Source: Eledone cirrhosa (taxonomy: Eukaryota). From it: 64,000 nt of DNA. Location of the stretch: NCBI GenBank assembly GCA_964016885.1, contig OZ024741.1:42470001-42534000 (forward strand), read 5' to 3'. The notes beneath the pieces are model-generated. The model did not search any database. It had not been told where the DNA came from and saw nothing but the letters and a program-made list of their open reading frames with translations. Made by a program: the position numbers and the translations under genes. Positions 39,426 to 54,935 of this stretch are shown here, piece after piece (the stretch's first letter is position 1; each line of letters starts with the position of its first letter).

Positions 39426-39659
39426 ATATAAAAGTTGGAAGAGTAGTAATACATTAACATAAGAGTAAGTAGTGCCTTAGAAAAATGTATCCAATACCAT
39501 GCGCACATGTATAGGTGGAGATGGTTAAAACAAAAAAATCGATTCCTAATTCTATACAACCGCTTAGGGCCTGATGTTGATCCATCGATAGCACTCCCGA
39601 TGGCCTGAGCATTTGCCAGACAATATAATTAATATTTTATGTATTGATAAAAAAATTAC

Positions 39660-39691
<32 letters not shown>

Positions 39692-39814
39692 TGTATGTAT
39701 GTATGTATGTATGTATGTATGTATGTATGTATGTATGTATGTATGTATATTATGCTCCCCCTAGCACAGCCTCACCCATTGGATTGGAGGATGTAAAGAA
39801 GTAAAACGTAAAGA

Positions 39815-39892
<78 letters not shown>

Positions 39893-39897
39893 ATATA

Positions 39898-39958
<61 letters not shown>

Positions 39959-39961
39959 ATA

Positions 39962-40004
<43 letters not shown>

Positions 40005-40796
40005 TGTATGTGTGTGTGTGTTAAAAGCAATACTTGTATATATTTTAGTAAACATACATACTGACAAAGCGATCACCGCAATACAAAAATACAATAGTGA
40101 CATATATATATATAGAAACATATATACTCCTACGTATGATATTAGAGACAGAGACCTACTTCTTTGAAACCATTAATATGAACTGTATTTAGCCCAAGTA
40201 TACTTTATACTTTAATCTATAAGGTTAATTGTTCATTAAATAAATAAACGTTTACATACTTATCTAATATTAGTTCTAAGAGTAAGCTACGTGAAATGTC
40301 AAGAGAATGTAAACTGTATCGATGCATATTTAAAGTTTTGATATATTCTTTTGTTTAGGAGGTGTGTGGTTGGGAAAGAAGCATTGGCATCAAGTCAGAT
40401 CGATCCTAGCACTTTCCAGGTTGATATTTATCTCATCTATCTATATTCTTAAGAGGTTATACTCCTTGAAACTACTCCCATTCTAAACCGGTGAAAATGG
40501 GCGAACGCAAGCAAACACACACACATATACACATAAATACACGTATATATAGAAATAATAAATACAAAGACCAGAATGAAAAGAGCTCTCGATAAGTACT
40601 GTGTATATATATATATAAGTATATATAAAGATGTAGGGCAAATATTTATTATTAGTACAGATTAAATGTTGAAGCAAACACTTTCTGCTTCAACCTGAGT
40701 AGGAAATTATGTATGGATGTATATATATATATATATATACATCCATATACATCCATATACATCCATACATAATTTATATATATATATATATATATA

Positions 40797-41558
40797 TAGT
40801 TTTGCGAGGTTTTTGATATGAAATCGTGTGTTGAAACAAATATTGTTATACTTGGGGAGGGTCATATTTGTGTATTATTGCCAGAATTAATAACAGAACA
40901 CACTCACTGTTTGGTACGAACATGCCAGACAACAACACGACGGTAACATAGACAACATAGAAATTAGAATATCTAAACATAGAAATGACCCAGCAGATAG
41001 GCAAATCAGAGAGGCCAGTGAAATAGAACTTAGAAGGCCAAGGCTAAACAGAAAAAATAAATAGATAAATAAATTAATTAATATATACACAAGCACAATA
41101 ACAACAAACACATATAAACACACACTAGTAAAGATAGAATACATTAACCAATAGACAGTCACCCAATCACGAAGGCACATCAAACAAAACACTATATACA
41201 CACGCAAACGCATGCGCAAAGAAGACAAAATAAAATAAACAAATAAATAAATATATAAACAGACTAAATAAAGATGGCGTAGAAAATACAATGCAACGGG
41301 AGGAAACAATAGCACCACTGACGTTGTTGCAGATGTGCAACGAAAGAACTTTGATAGACTATATATATATATTTGTCTATATTGTATCTGTATTTTTTAC
41401 CGTTGGTCAGCCGATGGCAACATCGAGGACCGAATAAATTAAATTAACCGATATAAAAGACACAGAAGCAAAAAGCGAAAACCAACCAAACAGTGAGTGT
41501 GTTCTGTTATTAATTCTGGCAATATTACACATATATGACCCTCCCCAAGTATAACAAT
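40797..41558 (+). mobile_element. Truncated Penelope-like element with inverted 5' copy of its 3' terminus, in (TA)n
   Basis: 40838-40915 is the reverse complement of 41485-41558; body matches 26130-26842. Confidence 0.85.
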
Positions 41559-41595
41559 ATATATATATTGTTATATATATTGTTATATATATAAG

Positions 41596-41710
<115 letters not shown>

Positions 41711-41828
41711 TTTTGAGTTCCAGTTCCCCAGTGAATTAACAACCCAACAAGGAACTGGGCATATCAGAGTATTGACAATATCATACACCTAAACAACATA
41801 TGTACTTGTCTATACCATACTAATTCAA

Positions 41829-41883
41829 ACTGCCTGAAGAGGTCACAGCCAAAGATGGCTGTCACTGAAATATATATAGCAGT
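41829..41883 (+). ncRNA. Type I hammerhead ribozyme, intact core
   Basis: ACTGC-CTGAAGA-GGTCACAGCCA AAGA TGGCTGTCACT-GAA-ATATATAT-A-GCAGT; related CCGATGA copy at 49143-49198 (-). Confidence 0.82.
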
Positions 41884-41954
41884 AATAAACGAAGCTAAAT
41901 TTTAATCATTTGACTTTTATTTAACTTTATTTTATATATATATATATATATATA

Positions 41955-44142
41955 TAACTTTCATAGGTTTCGGCCAGTATTGGCCCAGGCCATGTCTAAT
42001 AGCACCACCTGACGAAGTCTTGCAAATCAGTGTTTGGGTACCATGGCCCACTCGAACTGAGAGTTATTGTTTACGGAGGCATATCCGGGTGTAGGAGGCT
42101 TAGCCGGGATTTCTTGGAGGAATTCATCCAAAGACTTCTTGAACTTGATGGGGTCTGTCTCTGCTTTGATGTGTTTTGGTGTAATGTTAAAGAGTGCAGG
42201 ACCATTTGAGGTGAAATAATTGTGCCGTATTGTTGTTATGTGATGCGAGTGGGATTTTTGTCGTGGGCGGATAGCACGAGGCCCAAGCCTTGGGTGTACA
42301 CTAAAGATGCCAACATCATTTGGGCTAAGCTGCTGGAATATTTTCCACATCATACAGATAATGTAGCGCTCACGGCTACGTTAAAGAGAATACAGTTTGA
42401 GCTTTTCTAATCGACCCCAATAGTCAAGGCCTGTCATGCCAACTATCTTTTTTGTAATTGACCTTTGGGGTGCTTCAACTTTCATGATACTTTGTTTTGT
42501 GTGGGGTGACCACAGTGGACAACAGTATTCAAGGTGGGGTCGGGCAAAAGTGGAGAAGAGAAGGACAACAGTGTGGATATCTCTCGACTGGAAAGTTCTG
42601 AGAATCCAGGAACACATTCTGCGGGCCATATCAACTTTGCTGTTTATATGAGTGGCCCAGCTTATATTGTTGTCCACAATTACTTCCAGGTCTCTGATGT
42701 TATTGGAAGCCACTAGAGTTTCACCCGAAGGAAGAGAGTATGGTAGTTTCAGGGCATCCTTTTTTCCAAAGTGGATTAGTTCAAATTTATCCTCATTCAA
42801 GAGCATATTATTGATCTCTGCCCATTGTATAACAGCCAGTAGGTCTGACTGAAGGCAAGTCCGGTCACCCACCTCATTGATGACCCTTTGGAGCTTGGAA
42901 TCATCTGCGAAGATTCTGATGTTGCTGTGTTTGATGATGTCAGTAATGTCATTAATGTAGATGATGAAAAGTGGGCCCAACACAGTGCCTTGTGGGAAGC
43001 CACTGCTGACTTTGGCAGGGCTTGATTTTACTCCTTCGACTACAACATGCTGGTTTCTGCCTGTCAAGAAACATTTGATCCACTGTAGTAACCTTCCAGA
43101 GACACCAACATTGGATAGTTTTTACAGTAGAATCTTATGATCAACCCTGTCGAATGCCTTGCTGATATCAAGGTAGATGATATCAGTGTTGGAGTCCTCT
43201 CCCAAGGCTCTCAAAACATCTTCAAAGTGATGCATTAGCTGCGTTAGGCAGTCCCTTCCATTACGGAATCCATGTTGGTTGGAGTTCAGTAGGCCGTTGC
43301 TTTCAAGAAAGTGAGTTATTCGTGATCTCACCACCCTCTCAAATACCTTGATAATATGAGAGGTGAGTGAGATCGGACGGTAGTTCACTGCAAGGGACGT
43401 ATTTCCCTTTTTGAAAACTGGGACAACGGACTGGGACAGAAAGTTTTCAGGAATATAGCCAGTGTCCAGTGAGTTCCTCCACAGATTAACAAGAGGAGTT
43501 GCAAGTTGGTGTCGACACACCTTCAGGACACAAGCAGGGAACCTATCGTGGCCTACTGCTGAATTGTGTTTAATTTCGTTTATTGCCGCTAAGACATCAG
43601 GGGCGCCAAACATTATGTCTGATATAGTGTGTTGGGGGTTAATATCACTGATACGGCCCAGATCGGCCATATCAGGGTTGCTGAAAACAGACAGTATTGT
43701 TTCTGCAGTATCTCGCCTATGGTTTTGGCATTGTCCTGGAGTGTGCCACTTTCATCAACTAGGGTGCCAACAGTGGAGACGGTGATCTTGTGTCTTTTAG
43801 CGAATGAGAAGAACACTTTGGGGTTGAGTTTGATTTTCTCAATGGCCCACCTCTCTTCAGCTATTCTCTGGTAATTGATGATGGTCATCATACATTGCTG
43901 GAGGTTATTTTTTTTTTTACTCAAGCAGGGTGATAGCCATTGAATGTGTGTGTTGCTGTTGGCAGTATTTTAGTGTGTTAATTCTTTTTGTTTGTTCTTT
44001 TTATTTTTCTGATAATTGTTTTTCTGTTTTTGGGGATACTGCACTTGCTTTTGTTCACAGGTTTTGGTGGAGTGTGTTTTGTACATATATTTGTGACAGT
44101 GTCTACAAAGATCTTCCAAGATGTTTTGATGTTGGTGGAAGT
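41955..44142 (-). mobile_element. CR1-group LINE, 5'-truncated, frameshifted RT
   Basis: NYRPISLTSHIIKVFE, QHGFR, YLDISKAFD, PQGTVLGP, FADDSK, RPHLEYCCPLWSP, FKKSLDEFL. Confidence 0.9.
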
Positions 44143-44207
44143 GTGTGCGTGTGTAAAAGAGCAGTCTCTTTTACACACGCACACACACACACACATCTAT
44201 CTATCTA

Positions 44208-44515
44208 AGGCGGGTAAAATTCCCGAGATCCATGGACGAGTTCTCTCCAGCGGTCTCTGTCCCTCATTATCGCTGCCATATCCTGCATCTCCAACAGACC
44301 AGTGTCTGCCCTTAGGGCATCAACATATGTCAACCTTGGTCTTCCTCTTCTAGTGTGTCCATGTAGGGGCTCCCAAAGGAGCACTGAGTGCAATGTCAAC
44401 TCTGGATGTCGGTGAGCATGTCCAGCCAACCTCAGTCTCCTCTGTGTCACTTTTGAGCTGACTTTTGGGATGGTCCCATACAGCTCTGAGTTTTTCATCC
44501 TCAGTGTATACTGAA
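44208..44515 (-). mobile_element. RTE-group LINE 3' fragment; second copy at 45328-45606 (+)
   Basis: [40 protein letters not shown]. Confidence 0.82.
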
Positions 44516-44598
44516 ACACCAGGACTCTGGCTTTACTGTAGAACCGGCTCAGAGCAGGAGAGTTGGGGCGAAAAAGGTATCGGATGCTGAATTTGCCG

Positions 44599-44792
<194 letters not shown>

Positions 44793-45661
44793 TAACGTCT
44801 CGATAAAAGGATTGCTAAAAAATCTTATTTACAGAAACGAATTAATGTAGAAATATTTTAAACAAAAATACAGAAATACCAACGGGTTGATCCCATTAAA
44901 ATAATCTAAAATATGAAAAGATCCGTGGTTATCTTACCATAGGGATAGAGTCTTATTTAATCAACCTATATCTAGAAGGTTCAACTAAAATTCGTCTTAC
45001 TTCAGTTTCATGACCAAAAGATCGGAATATATTAAGGCAGTCTATTCTGACAGAAAGGCTCAGTCGTATGGGGTGGATGGGGTGGGTGTGGGGTTCTGAT
45101 TATTATTATAAGAAATAGGTATATTAACCTGTGTTGTTGGACCACATGTGCTTCTATCGAACCCGCATAGTGTACAATATATCAGGTCATATGAACAAAT
45201 TAAGGTACCCCCCCCCCCTGCTTCTTACGATTTAATTATTCTCCGTCCAAACCCGCATCGTCGTTGCTTTCAATCTTTGAATTTCTTCATATATATTAAT
45301 CAGTATGCACTTGGGATTAATAACTCAGAGCTGTAAGGAGGCCTCCGAAAAGTCACCTCGAAAGTGACACAGAGGAGTCTGAATTTAGCTGGACATGCTC
45401 ACCGACATCCAGAGTTGACACTGCACTCAGTGATTCTGTGGGAGCCCCAACACTGACACACAGGAATAGGGAGACTGAGGATAACATATGTTAATGCCCT
45501 CTGGACAGACACTGGTCTCTGGGAGACGTATGACATGGCAGCGATGATGAGGGACAGAGACTACTGGAGAGAACTCGTCCATGGATCTCGGGAATTTTAC
45601 CCGCCCTATATATATATAATGGGACAGAGACCGATAGAGATAGTTAGATAGAGAGAGAGAG

Positions 45662-45735
<74 letters not shown>

Positions 45736-46114
45736 TGTGTGTGTGCGTGTTTGCAAAATATCTTCTTATGCTTCTGCCAATTTTTCTGTTGTAATTATAC
45801 AGCTAAGGGCGCTTTATTCAATCCATACTCTATTTTCTTGACACACTGCCAGATGAGTAAGTTTTATTGAAAGTCGGGCATTCTGTCATCTAGCGGGAAC
45901 ATCATATAGACTAGTAGCACTGCGGCGAAAATAAAGGGTTTTGGTTGGTTAATCTGTGAACAGACATGATAGAGGAAAAGAAATGAGAGAGGAAAAGAGG
46001 AGAGAAGATAGATAGGTGTTGGGAGAGAGATGCTTGTGTAGATCGCCATATTGGAGCAGCAGCCCCAACAATAACTAGCTGAGGGGCCGTCATCACATTT
46101 TTATTAAAATAATT

Positions 46115-46700
46115 AATAATTGTTTCTGATTTCGGCACAGGGCCAGCAATTTTAGTGGAGGGGAAAGTCGTTGGAATCAGCTCCAGTGTATTACTGGTAC
46201 CTTATTTTATCGACCCTGTAAGGATGAAAGGCAAAGCTAACCTCGGCGGGATTTGAACTCAGAACGTAAAAGCCCGTTACTATATGCAGCAACGCATGGT
46301 GTCCGACCCTCTACCAATACTGCCAATCCACCGGCCTAAGAGAATTATTAATAATTGTTTCTACTTTTGGCACAAGGCCAGCAATTACCCAGTACATTAC
46401 TGGTACTTTTTTTATCGATCCCGTAAGGATGAAAGGCAAAGTTAACCTGGGCGGGATTTGAACTCAGACAATAAAGGGACGTAACTCTTTGCTGCAAAGC
46501 ATGGCGTCCGACCCTCTACTGATACTGCCAATCCATGATTTCTAATATAGACACAAGGCTAACAATTTTAGGGGAGGAGAAAATCGACGAAATCAACCCA
46601 GTGTGTTACTGGTACTTTATTTTATCTAGATTATAAGGATGAAAGGCAAAGTTAACCTCAGCGGGATATGAACATAAAAACCAGTAACTCTATGCTGCGA
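46115..46700 (-). mobile_element. Three adjacent tRNA-derived SINE copies
   Basis: Core GGATGAAAGGCAAAG(C/T)TAACCT occurs at ~46222, ~46428 and ~46638. Confidence 0.85.
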
Positions 46701-47115
46701 AGCGAAAGAATTGTTAATAATAAATACTATCAAATTCAATAAATTTATATAGGTTAAGCAGTCGATGTGTGGATATCGATATTTCTGCCAGAGGCCGTTG
46801 TCAGCACAGATTCGCTCCACAGAAAATTTAAGGTAAGAATAGTTGTAGAGAAAAGCACAGAAAGAAAGTAATTGAAATACTAGATAGAGAGGAGTGACTG
46901 TGTTGACAACGCTCAAAGGCTGATATATCGATATCCATAGATGGACTGATTTATTTATATAAATTTATTGAATTTTAACATTCCTTTTATTAATAATTTC
47001 TTTTAATAAAAATGTCCTGATGAAAATGCTATTATTCATTGTTGTTGTACACATATGGCGGTCTCTCTCTCTCCAGTTTTCCTTCATCCGAGTATGTTTA
47101 TAGACGAACCAACCA

Positions 47116-47161
<46 letters not shown>

Positions 47162-47399
47162 CACATATATATATATATATATAAATAGGATTTCGCTTAA
47201 AGCATAGCGTTATACAAATATGTATAGAAATTTCGTATTCCTAAATATATATATTAGTATTGGTGCTCTGAAATAGCAATGTATACATGAATGTACGTAT
47301 AGTATATTTGGCAATATATTAATTAAAAACATTTTTGAAGACCATTGGCTATGAGTTTTAAAGTAGTGTATGTCACTTACTTACTCTCGCCACTCCGTC

Positions 47400-47575
47400 A
47401 CAGGTTTGAAACCCTATCTATTGCTGGTACCCATTTTCAACTGAGTATATTGGAGCAACGTGAAATGAAGTGTTTTGCTCAAGAACACAACACACAACCA
47501 AGCCCAAGAATCGAAACTACGACATTATGATCGTAAGTCCAATACGCTTACTACTAGGCTACACGACTCCACGCA
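47400..47575 (+). mobile_element. CORE-type SINE fragment (related piece at ~61140-61250)
   Basis: GAAATGAAGTGTTTTGCTCAAGAACACA resembles the CORE-SINE motif AAGTGACTTGCCCAAGGTCACA. Confidence 0.6.
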
Positions 47576-47717
47576 CAGGGCATTGGGCAACCTGAAACCA
47601 CAGGATATATGCTGATCGTGGCACGGACTGGAATCGAATCTGCAACCATGTTGTTGCGAACCAAAATATAAATCAATCAATGTATGAGTGATTGATAGAT
47701 ATTATATTGTAACAATT

Positions 47718-48090
47718 GAATTACGGCCCTTTACGGTTTCAGTTCAAATCCCGCCGAGGTTGACTTTGCCTTTTATCCTTACGGGGTCGATAAAATAAAG
47801 TACCAGTAATGCACTGAGATAATTGCTGGCCTTGTACCAAAAGTAGAAACAATTATATCGTAACAATAAGGGCGATGGCTTGGTAGAATTACTAACGTGT
47901 CGGACAATAACTTTTGCGGCATTTGTTTTGATTTTTCTTTGCAGAGTTTAGATCCCGTCGTGGTAAAAATTTGCTTTTCATCCGTTCGGGGTCAATAAAA
48001 TGACCAGTGAAGTATTGGAGTCGATTTCATGAATTTTCTTTCTCGTCTGCTAAATTAGTGGCATTGTGACGAATGTAAAAATCATTATAT
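47718..48090 (+). mobile_element. Two tRNA-derived SINE copies (second more diverged)
   Basis: B-box and conserved core. Confidence 0.75.
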
Positions 48091-48731
48091 TGTAATAGAC
48101 TTGGGGACTTTCATATTCATAAGAAAACGAAAAATTTAATCAAAATAACTACATATTCTATATTAGTAATGCATATAAACGGGAATGGTGAATATAGATG
48201 TTTATGTACATGGTAAGTAGATGTTAACATGCTACAACTGGCACACAAACCAACACGACTACATGTTAATGAGTGCACACAGTCCAAACAATATCTATAC
48301 CGTACATTCACACACAGACAGACAACCATACACAAACACACACATGCGCAAATACACATATACTCCTGAAGCTCACACGTGTACACATTCAGTTAGATTG
48401 ACACACAGATACGGATAGAGAGACACCTTGAAAAGACTGACTGACACACTCACAGGATACAGCTCAGCTGCACACATGCGCACACACATCTTCACCTATG
48501 ATAGAGCCCTACGCTCAGGCGTTGCTGCTACATACTCGTCCTGAAACTGGCATAAACCCACCCATACAATCCTGTCCTCATGCCTCCTACTTTCTTCTTT
48601 CTACGACATTACTTTTCTTTAAACTTCTCTTCGACATTGATTTCCATAAATTTCACACAAGCGTTAAACTAATAATATGTTTTGTAATTGCTCTCCGTAT
48701 TTACTATCTCTATTTTTCATTGTTGACCCTG

Positions 48732-48886
<155 letters not shown>

Positions 48887-48952
48887 TCTATAATACATAT
48901 ATATACACGTATCTCTATATATATATATACATATATATACACATATTATATC

Positions 48953-49002
<50 letters not shown>

Positions 49003-49865
49003 TTTGAGTATGTGTTTGTTAATTACCGACACTTCAGTATGCAGGGTAGAGCAATCATCGAAGTACGCAGGTAGGTCTATTTACTCCGGAGTAATTTAAA
49101 AACAAGAATTGTAAGTCAACAGGTTAAAATTAACTACATTCACTGTTATATATATTTCGGTGATAACCATATGCAACAGCTATGACCTCATCGGACAGCT
49201 AGAATTTGAACAGAATGTATATATATATATATATATATACACATCCTCTTACAGCTCTCTTTTCCTAAATTAATACCTAAAAGTATACCTATAAATTAAT
49301 TTAATTTCCTGTTATGAATCTAGATTCCTTGTAGTTTATATAAGATTAGTATTTCTCATTACTACCCTTATCCCAAAATTTTACTTTCCTTCGTTTTTAA
49401 CAACACTCTTTAATAACATCTAATTCTTATTTATCACATTCATATGAATTAATATAAATTTATCCCTATAAATATACCTATCAATTAATTTAATTTCTTG
49501 TTATAGATCTAGATGCTTGTGGTTTAAATAAGATTGGTATTTCTCACTAATATCCTTACCCTAAAATTTTATTTTCCTTCGTTTTTAACATTATTCTTTA
49601 ATAACACCAAATTTTCGTGTACCTTTCACTGGCTTGACCTCTTTTCATCCCCAAAGTATTCTTTTCATTCAAAGTATTCTTTTCATTCAAAGTATTCTTT
49701 TCATTCAAAACATAAGTCTACACTCCTCTACCCCTAAATTAAATTTCTACTACTACTATTGTATCAACTTGTCCTCTAATTACTTTTCTATTGGTCAATT
49801 CAAAACCTGTTCCCAAACAGACCTTTTATATTAAATCTTTGTTTGTTTTTTTCAATAAACAAATC

Positions 49866-49980
49866 TCATCATTTCTGAAGACAGCATGTATATGTGATAG
49901 TTTGTAATATTTTTACATAGATCTATATGATATACATACCAACACACATATACATCCTAGAAACGATCGTAAAATGATGA
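49866..49980 (+). ncRNA. Type I hammerhead ribozyme with extended stem II
   Basis: Perfect 9-bp stem I TCATCATTT/AAATGATGA; CTGAAGA; ATGTATATGTG/CACATATACAT; GAAA; ACGATCGT; GUA. Confidence 0.82.
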
Positions 49981-50392
49981 ATTTTTTAATATAATGAACT
50001 TGTTCTTTGTTTTTATTAATTTATATATATATATATATATGTGTGTGTCTGTGTGTGTGTACAGTTATTTATTTACATAGGCATATAAATATACACACAC
50101 ATTTCATATATATCGTAAAATGATTTCCAATATTTCTACAATCCCACTTAAAACATCACCTAAAAGCTATCCATGTCCGAAAGTACTTCTAAGTTTATAT
50201 ATATACACGTTTATATATATAACTGTACATGTATATATATATATATTTATGTCTATATACATATATGTATAGTTATTTTTTATACACACACATATATATA
50301 TATATATATATAAATACACACATATCATATATATATGTGTGTGTGAGTGTGTACAGTTATTTATTTACATAGGCATATAAATATACACACAC

Positions 50393-50434
<42 letters not shown>

Positions 50435-52209
50435 CAGTTATATATATAAACGTGTATATATATAAACTTAGAAGTACTTTCGGACATGGATAGCTTTTAG
50501 GTGATGTTTTAAGTGGGATTGTAGAAATATTGGAAATTAATAAATGTTTATATATGTATATCTGCAAATCGTAGTCTCGACTTAAAATTAACTAGGAAAC
50601 GAAGTGCATTTGTATATTAACAATATATATCTGCACGTAAATATGTTAAGTGGATATGCTTACGATGAGGTGTTATGTTCGTATGTAATAAAATTCTGCT
50701 TGTGTTACATTAGCACTTTATTATGTATCTGAAGTGTTACAGATGGTGTAAATATTAAATGAACATATCCATTGAAAAGAAAACAGAGTTTTAAGTTTAT
50801 TGTTACTATATTACCAACGATAATAAGTGTAAACAATATACGATATACTTATTAAATCTATCCATACATACTTACACAATCACATTATTCCATTCATGTA
50901 TACATCCATCCATACATACATCCATTGACCCATCGATCCATCGATTGATCGATCCATCCATACATACATACATAAAAACATACACATAACCATCCACCCA
51001 TTCATACATACACATACATACATATATACTAAAATACATGCAAACATACACGCATATATTACAATTATACAGCCGTTGATCTTACCATGCACCCATCCAT
51101 TCATCCATGCATCCATATGTACATACATACGTACATATATACGTACATATATACGTACATACATACGTACATACATGCGTACATACATGGTGGCTGCCAA
51201 CTCGTTTTCAAGTACGGCCACTACTTTATATCCATGTAGGAGAACCCCTACTGATGCGCTGAACAAGTGTGACTTTTTAGTCCAGCCAGCGACTTGAAAA
51301 CTCTGGTAGAAACACTACATCTGTGACAATTATTGACACATAGTGCTGGGCCCATGGTACCATGTGATGACAAGTGCAGAGAGATCTCCAGATACAAAGC
51401 AATGCCTGTGCCGTGAAGCTTTTATAGTGAGCAAAGGCACTGCACAAAGCCAGTCCCACTCTCTTAACCAAGATGATATTTACCAAAAATACATACGTAC
51501 ATACATACACACATGTGGCGAATTGACATTGGTCGTTGGAGCTAGGACAAAACGCTTCTTAGCAATCGTTCCTGTTCTTTCCAGTCCTCAACTATTGAAA
51601 ACACCCCAACAATGACAACCACCTCCACTACCTCCATAGCTAAACAGCAGAAAACAACAGCAAAATTAACAAGAGCACCGGATGTTCAAACTGCAATAAC
51701 AGCAACAATAATAGCAATTAATTCAGCAGTGGCTGTAACAAGATCTCCTACATCATCAGTTGAAACAATACCTCCAACATTAGCAATAGAAACCCTCATT
51801 CCCCCTCCTCAATTCGGATCTCTTGGATATGCCGTGCGGTAAAGGAAATCAAAAGGAAGACTGGAAGAAGTCCTCCGTAACAAAGAAGAGAAAACGGAAA
51901 AAAAGAGAGACAAATCCGGCCATTCAAAAGGCTGACAAAAGAAATTTGAAAACCACAACTCGAAAATCAACATTATCTTTACCAGACCAGCACTAGCACC
52001 AGCACTGGCAAAAGCAACACCAACACGATCACCTTCACTACCATTATAAACATTATCATCACCACCCCAGCCATTGGCATCACAAACAAAACCAACACTA
52101 CTAAAACAATCCAAATCACACCCACAACAGCAACAATTCCTGCAACAGGACCAACAAAAGCAAACCAAATAAAGGGAACATGTCACTAACTCTGTGGCCA
52201 TTAACACAG

Positions 52210-52874
52210 ATAATTGTTTCTATAATACATTTGACACAGTAATTTGAAGGGAAAAGAAAGTTGATTAAATCGACCTCAGTGCATTACTGGTACTTTATTT
52301 TATCGACATCGTAGGGATGAAAGGTAAAGCTAGCCTCGACGGGATTTGAACGCAGAACGTAAAAGGCCGTAACTCTATGTTGCGAAGAATGTTATCCGAC
52401 GCTCTACCGATATTGCCAAGCCAGCGCCAATCCACCGATAACAATAATAATTTTACTATATGTACTGCCAAAGCAAGTACACAAATAATGGTTTCTTATA
52501 TAGGCACAAAGCCATCAATTTCTTTTTTTGGGGGGGGGGGGGTCAATTAAATCGACCCCCAGTGCGTGACTGGTACTTTATTTTATCGATCCCGTTAGGA
52601 TGAAAGGCAAAAATTAACCATGGTGGATTTGAACTCTGACCGTAAAGGCGCGTAACACTATGCTGCAAAGCATGGCGTCCGAACTTCTACTAATAATTGT
52701 TTCTACTTTTGGCACAAGGCCACCAATAACCCTAGTGTATTACTGGTACTTTATTTTATCGACCCCGTAATGATGAAAGGCAAAATCTAACCTCAGCGGG
52801 ATTTGAACTCAGACCATAAAGAGGCGTAACTCTAGGCTGCAAAGCATGGCGTCCGACCTATCGATTCTGCCAAT
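52210..52874 (-). mobile_element. Three adjacent tRNA-derived SINE copies
   Basis: Core CTGGTACTTTATTTTATCGA occurs three times. Confidence 0.85.
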
Positions 52875-52925
52875 GCGCCTTCAATCCACCTTCTAATTAT
52901 GTTTAATAAACACAAATAATAAAAA

Positions 52926-53251
52926 GTGGAATATATAGTGGAATATAGAGTGGAATATATAGTGGAATATACAGTAGAATATACAGTGGAATATATATTG
53001 GAATATACTGTGGAATATACTGTGGAATATATAGTGGAATATACAGTGGAATATACAGTGGAATATACAGTGGAATATATAGTGGAATATACTGTGGAAT
53101 ATATAGTGGAATATACAGTGGAATATACTGTGGAATATACAGTGGAATATACTCTGGAATACACTGTGGAATATATAGTAGAATATACAGTGGAATATAC
53201 TGTGGAATATATAGTCGAATATACAGTGGAATATATAGTGGAATATACAGT
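52926..53251. repeat. 12-bp minisatellite (GTGGAATATACA), about 27 copies
   Basis: Direct reading. Confidence 0.97.
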
Positions 53252-53558
53252 GATTTACCCGTGGAACCACCCACAATAAGCCAGAAGAACGAATCCCTTG
53301 TAGTTTCCACAAGATTAAGGTAAGTTCTCCTTTCACTTTCTTCTTCGTTATCCGAAATAGCATCAGTCAAAATGGGCTGAGTGAGTGCATATGTTATAGG
53401 GTCACTATAGGGTTACTAATTTCACAACTGAAGGATCAACATTTATTACGTAACTGACACGTGTTTTCTTATATGTAAGTGAGCATATCTAGAATCACTA
53501 GTTCGATGTTATTTCGGAGAACTCGAATTCAAATATTTTTTCTCAGTGCTATGAAATA

Positions 53559-53771
<213 letters not shown>

Positions 53772-53944
53772 ACAGTGTGAAAGAATGAAGAATAACATGG
53801 TCGGCGTACAAAAAGGGTTTTATTTACAGTATTAACAATTGTTTCATTGATAAGGTGAGTCTAAAGGCCGCTGATCACTCGAAGTTACGTCACTTGACCT
53901 TAAATACAGTGTGTGTCTCTGGATTAACTTAAACAATACCTTGT

Positions 53945-53975
<31 letters not shown>

Positions 53976-54894
53976 AATATATATACATAGGGAAAAGGAA
54001 TTGAAAATGCAACATGCGAGTTAGAAGTCAGCATAGCCAGACATCTCTCCATATTTTGAAAATCATGATACTTGTGAAACCGACAAAGTTATAAACTATT
54101 GCATATAAAGATACTAATCGCATCATTAACTTCTTTTTCATGTGTTTACTCGTGTGTGTTATATTTAAAAGCCTTATTTTCGAATATGTATATATATATT
54201 GAAAATTGCAAACTCGACTGTCACGAACCTGAAGATTGCGAAAGCATGAAAGTACTTGTTCAATTAACACTTAGAATTTAATATTCTATCATACTATTTC
54301 ATTATAATACCGTTATATATATTTTAAAGGATTGTAAATAAAACGAGTAAATCAGACAAAGTTGGAATTCCTCTTATTAATATAATCTTCTATACACAAT
54401 CATACACACCCGTGTATATTTACCTATCTATATCTATATATATATATATATATATTAGAGCAAACATTACGGGCGCTCTATCTCAAAATTATTTTTGAAA
54501 AGCATTAGAAATGCGCAACCGGTAAAAACTTAAAACTAAAACTGAATACTAACCAATACTTATTACTAATTTTTACTTATTCCTAATTAAACTATTTTTC
54601 ACTGGGAACAATTTGTCAGCATTTTCTTTTCCTTTTACTAATATATGTGTGCATGTATGTATATATATATACATACTACTGTACGTCTGTATGCATATAT
54701 GTATGTACGTGTACATACTTATATTTAAGTAACAGCCGTACTAAGAGTGGGAAATGAAATTTCGTTTCATTTTTTCCGTTTATCGTTTTCGGTGCACACG
54801 GCCGATTAACCCACTCGATATGCAAATTGGGCTACTCAGCCGTTAATATGCATAAGGTAAATATATACGTTCAACAATCTGGCAGGAAGGTATG

Positions 54895-54935
54895 CGTTGC
54901 TGACGATAGCTAATAAGCTTGAAACTAGTACAGCG
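54895..54935 (+). ncRNA. Minimal type I hammerhead ribozyme, intact core
   Basis: CGTTG-CTGACGA-T-AGCT AATA AGCT-T-GAA-ACTAGT-A-CAGCG; lies between direct repeats 54640-54785 and 55060-55205. Confidence 0.8.

Noticed and set aside
51540-52210. Thr/Pro/Gln-rich ORF-like region
   Set aside because: Interrupted by stops; may be an old LINE ORF1 relic but has no diagnostic motif
52832-53370. VEYT/YIPL/HCIF repeat ORFs
   Set aside because: Translations of a stop-free 12-bp minisatellite; no coding evidence
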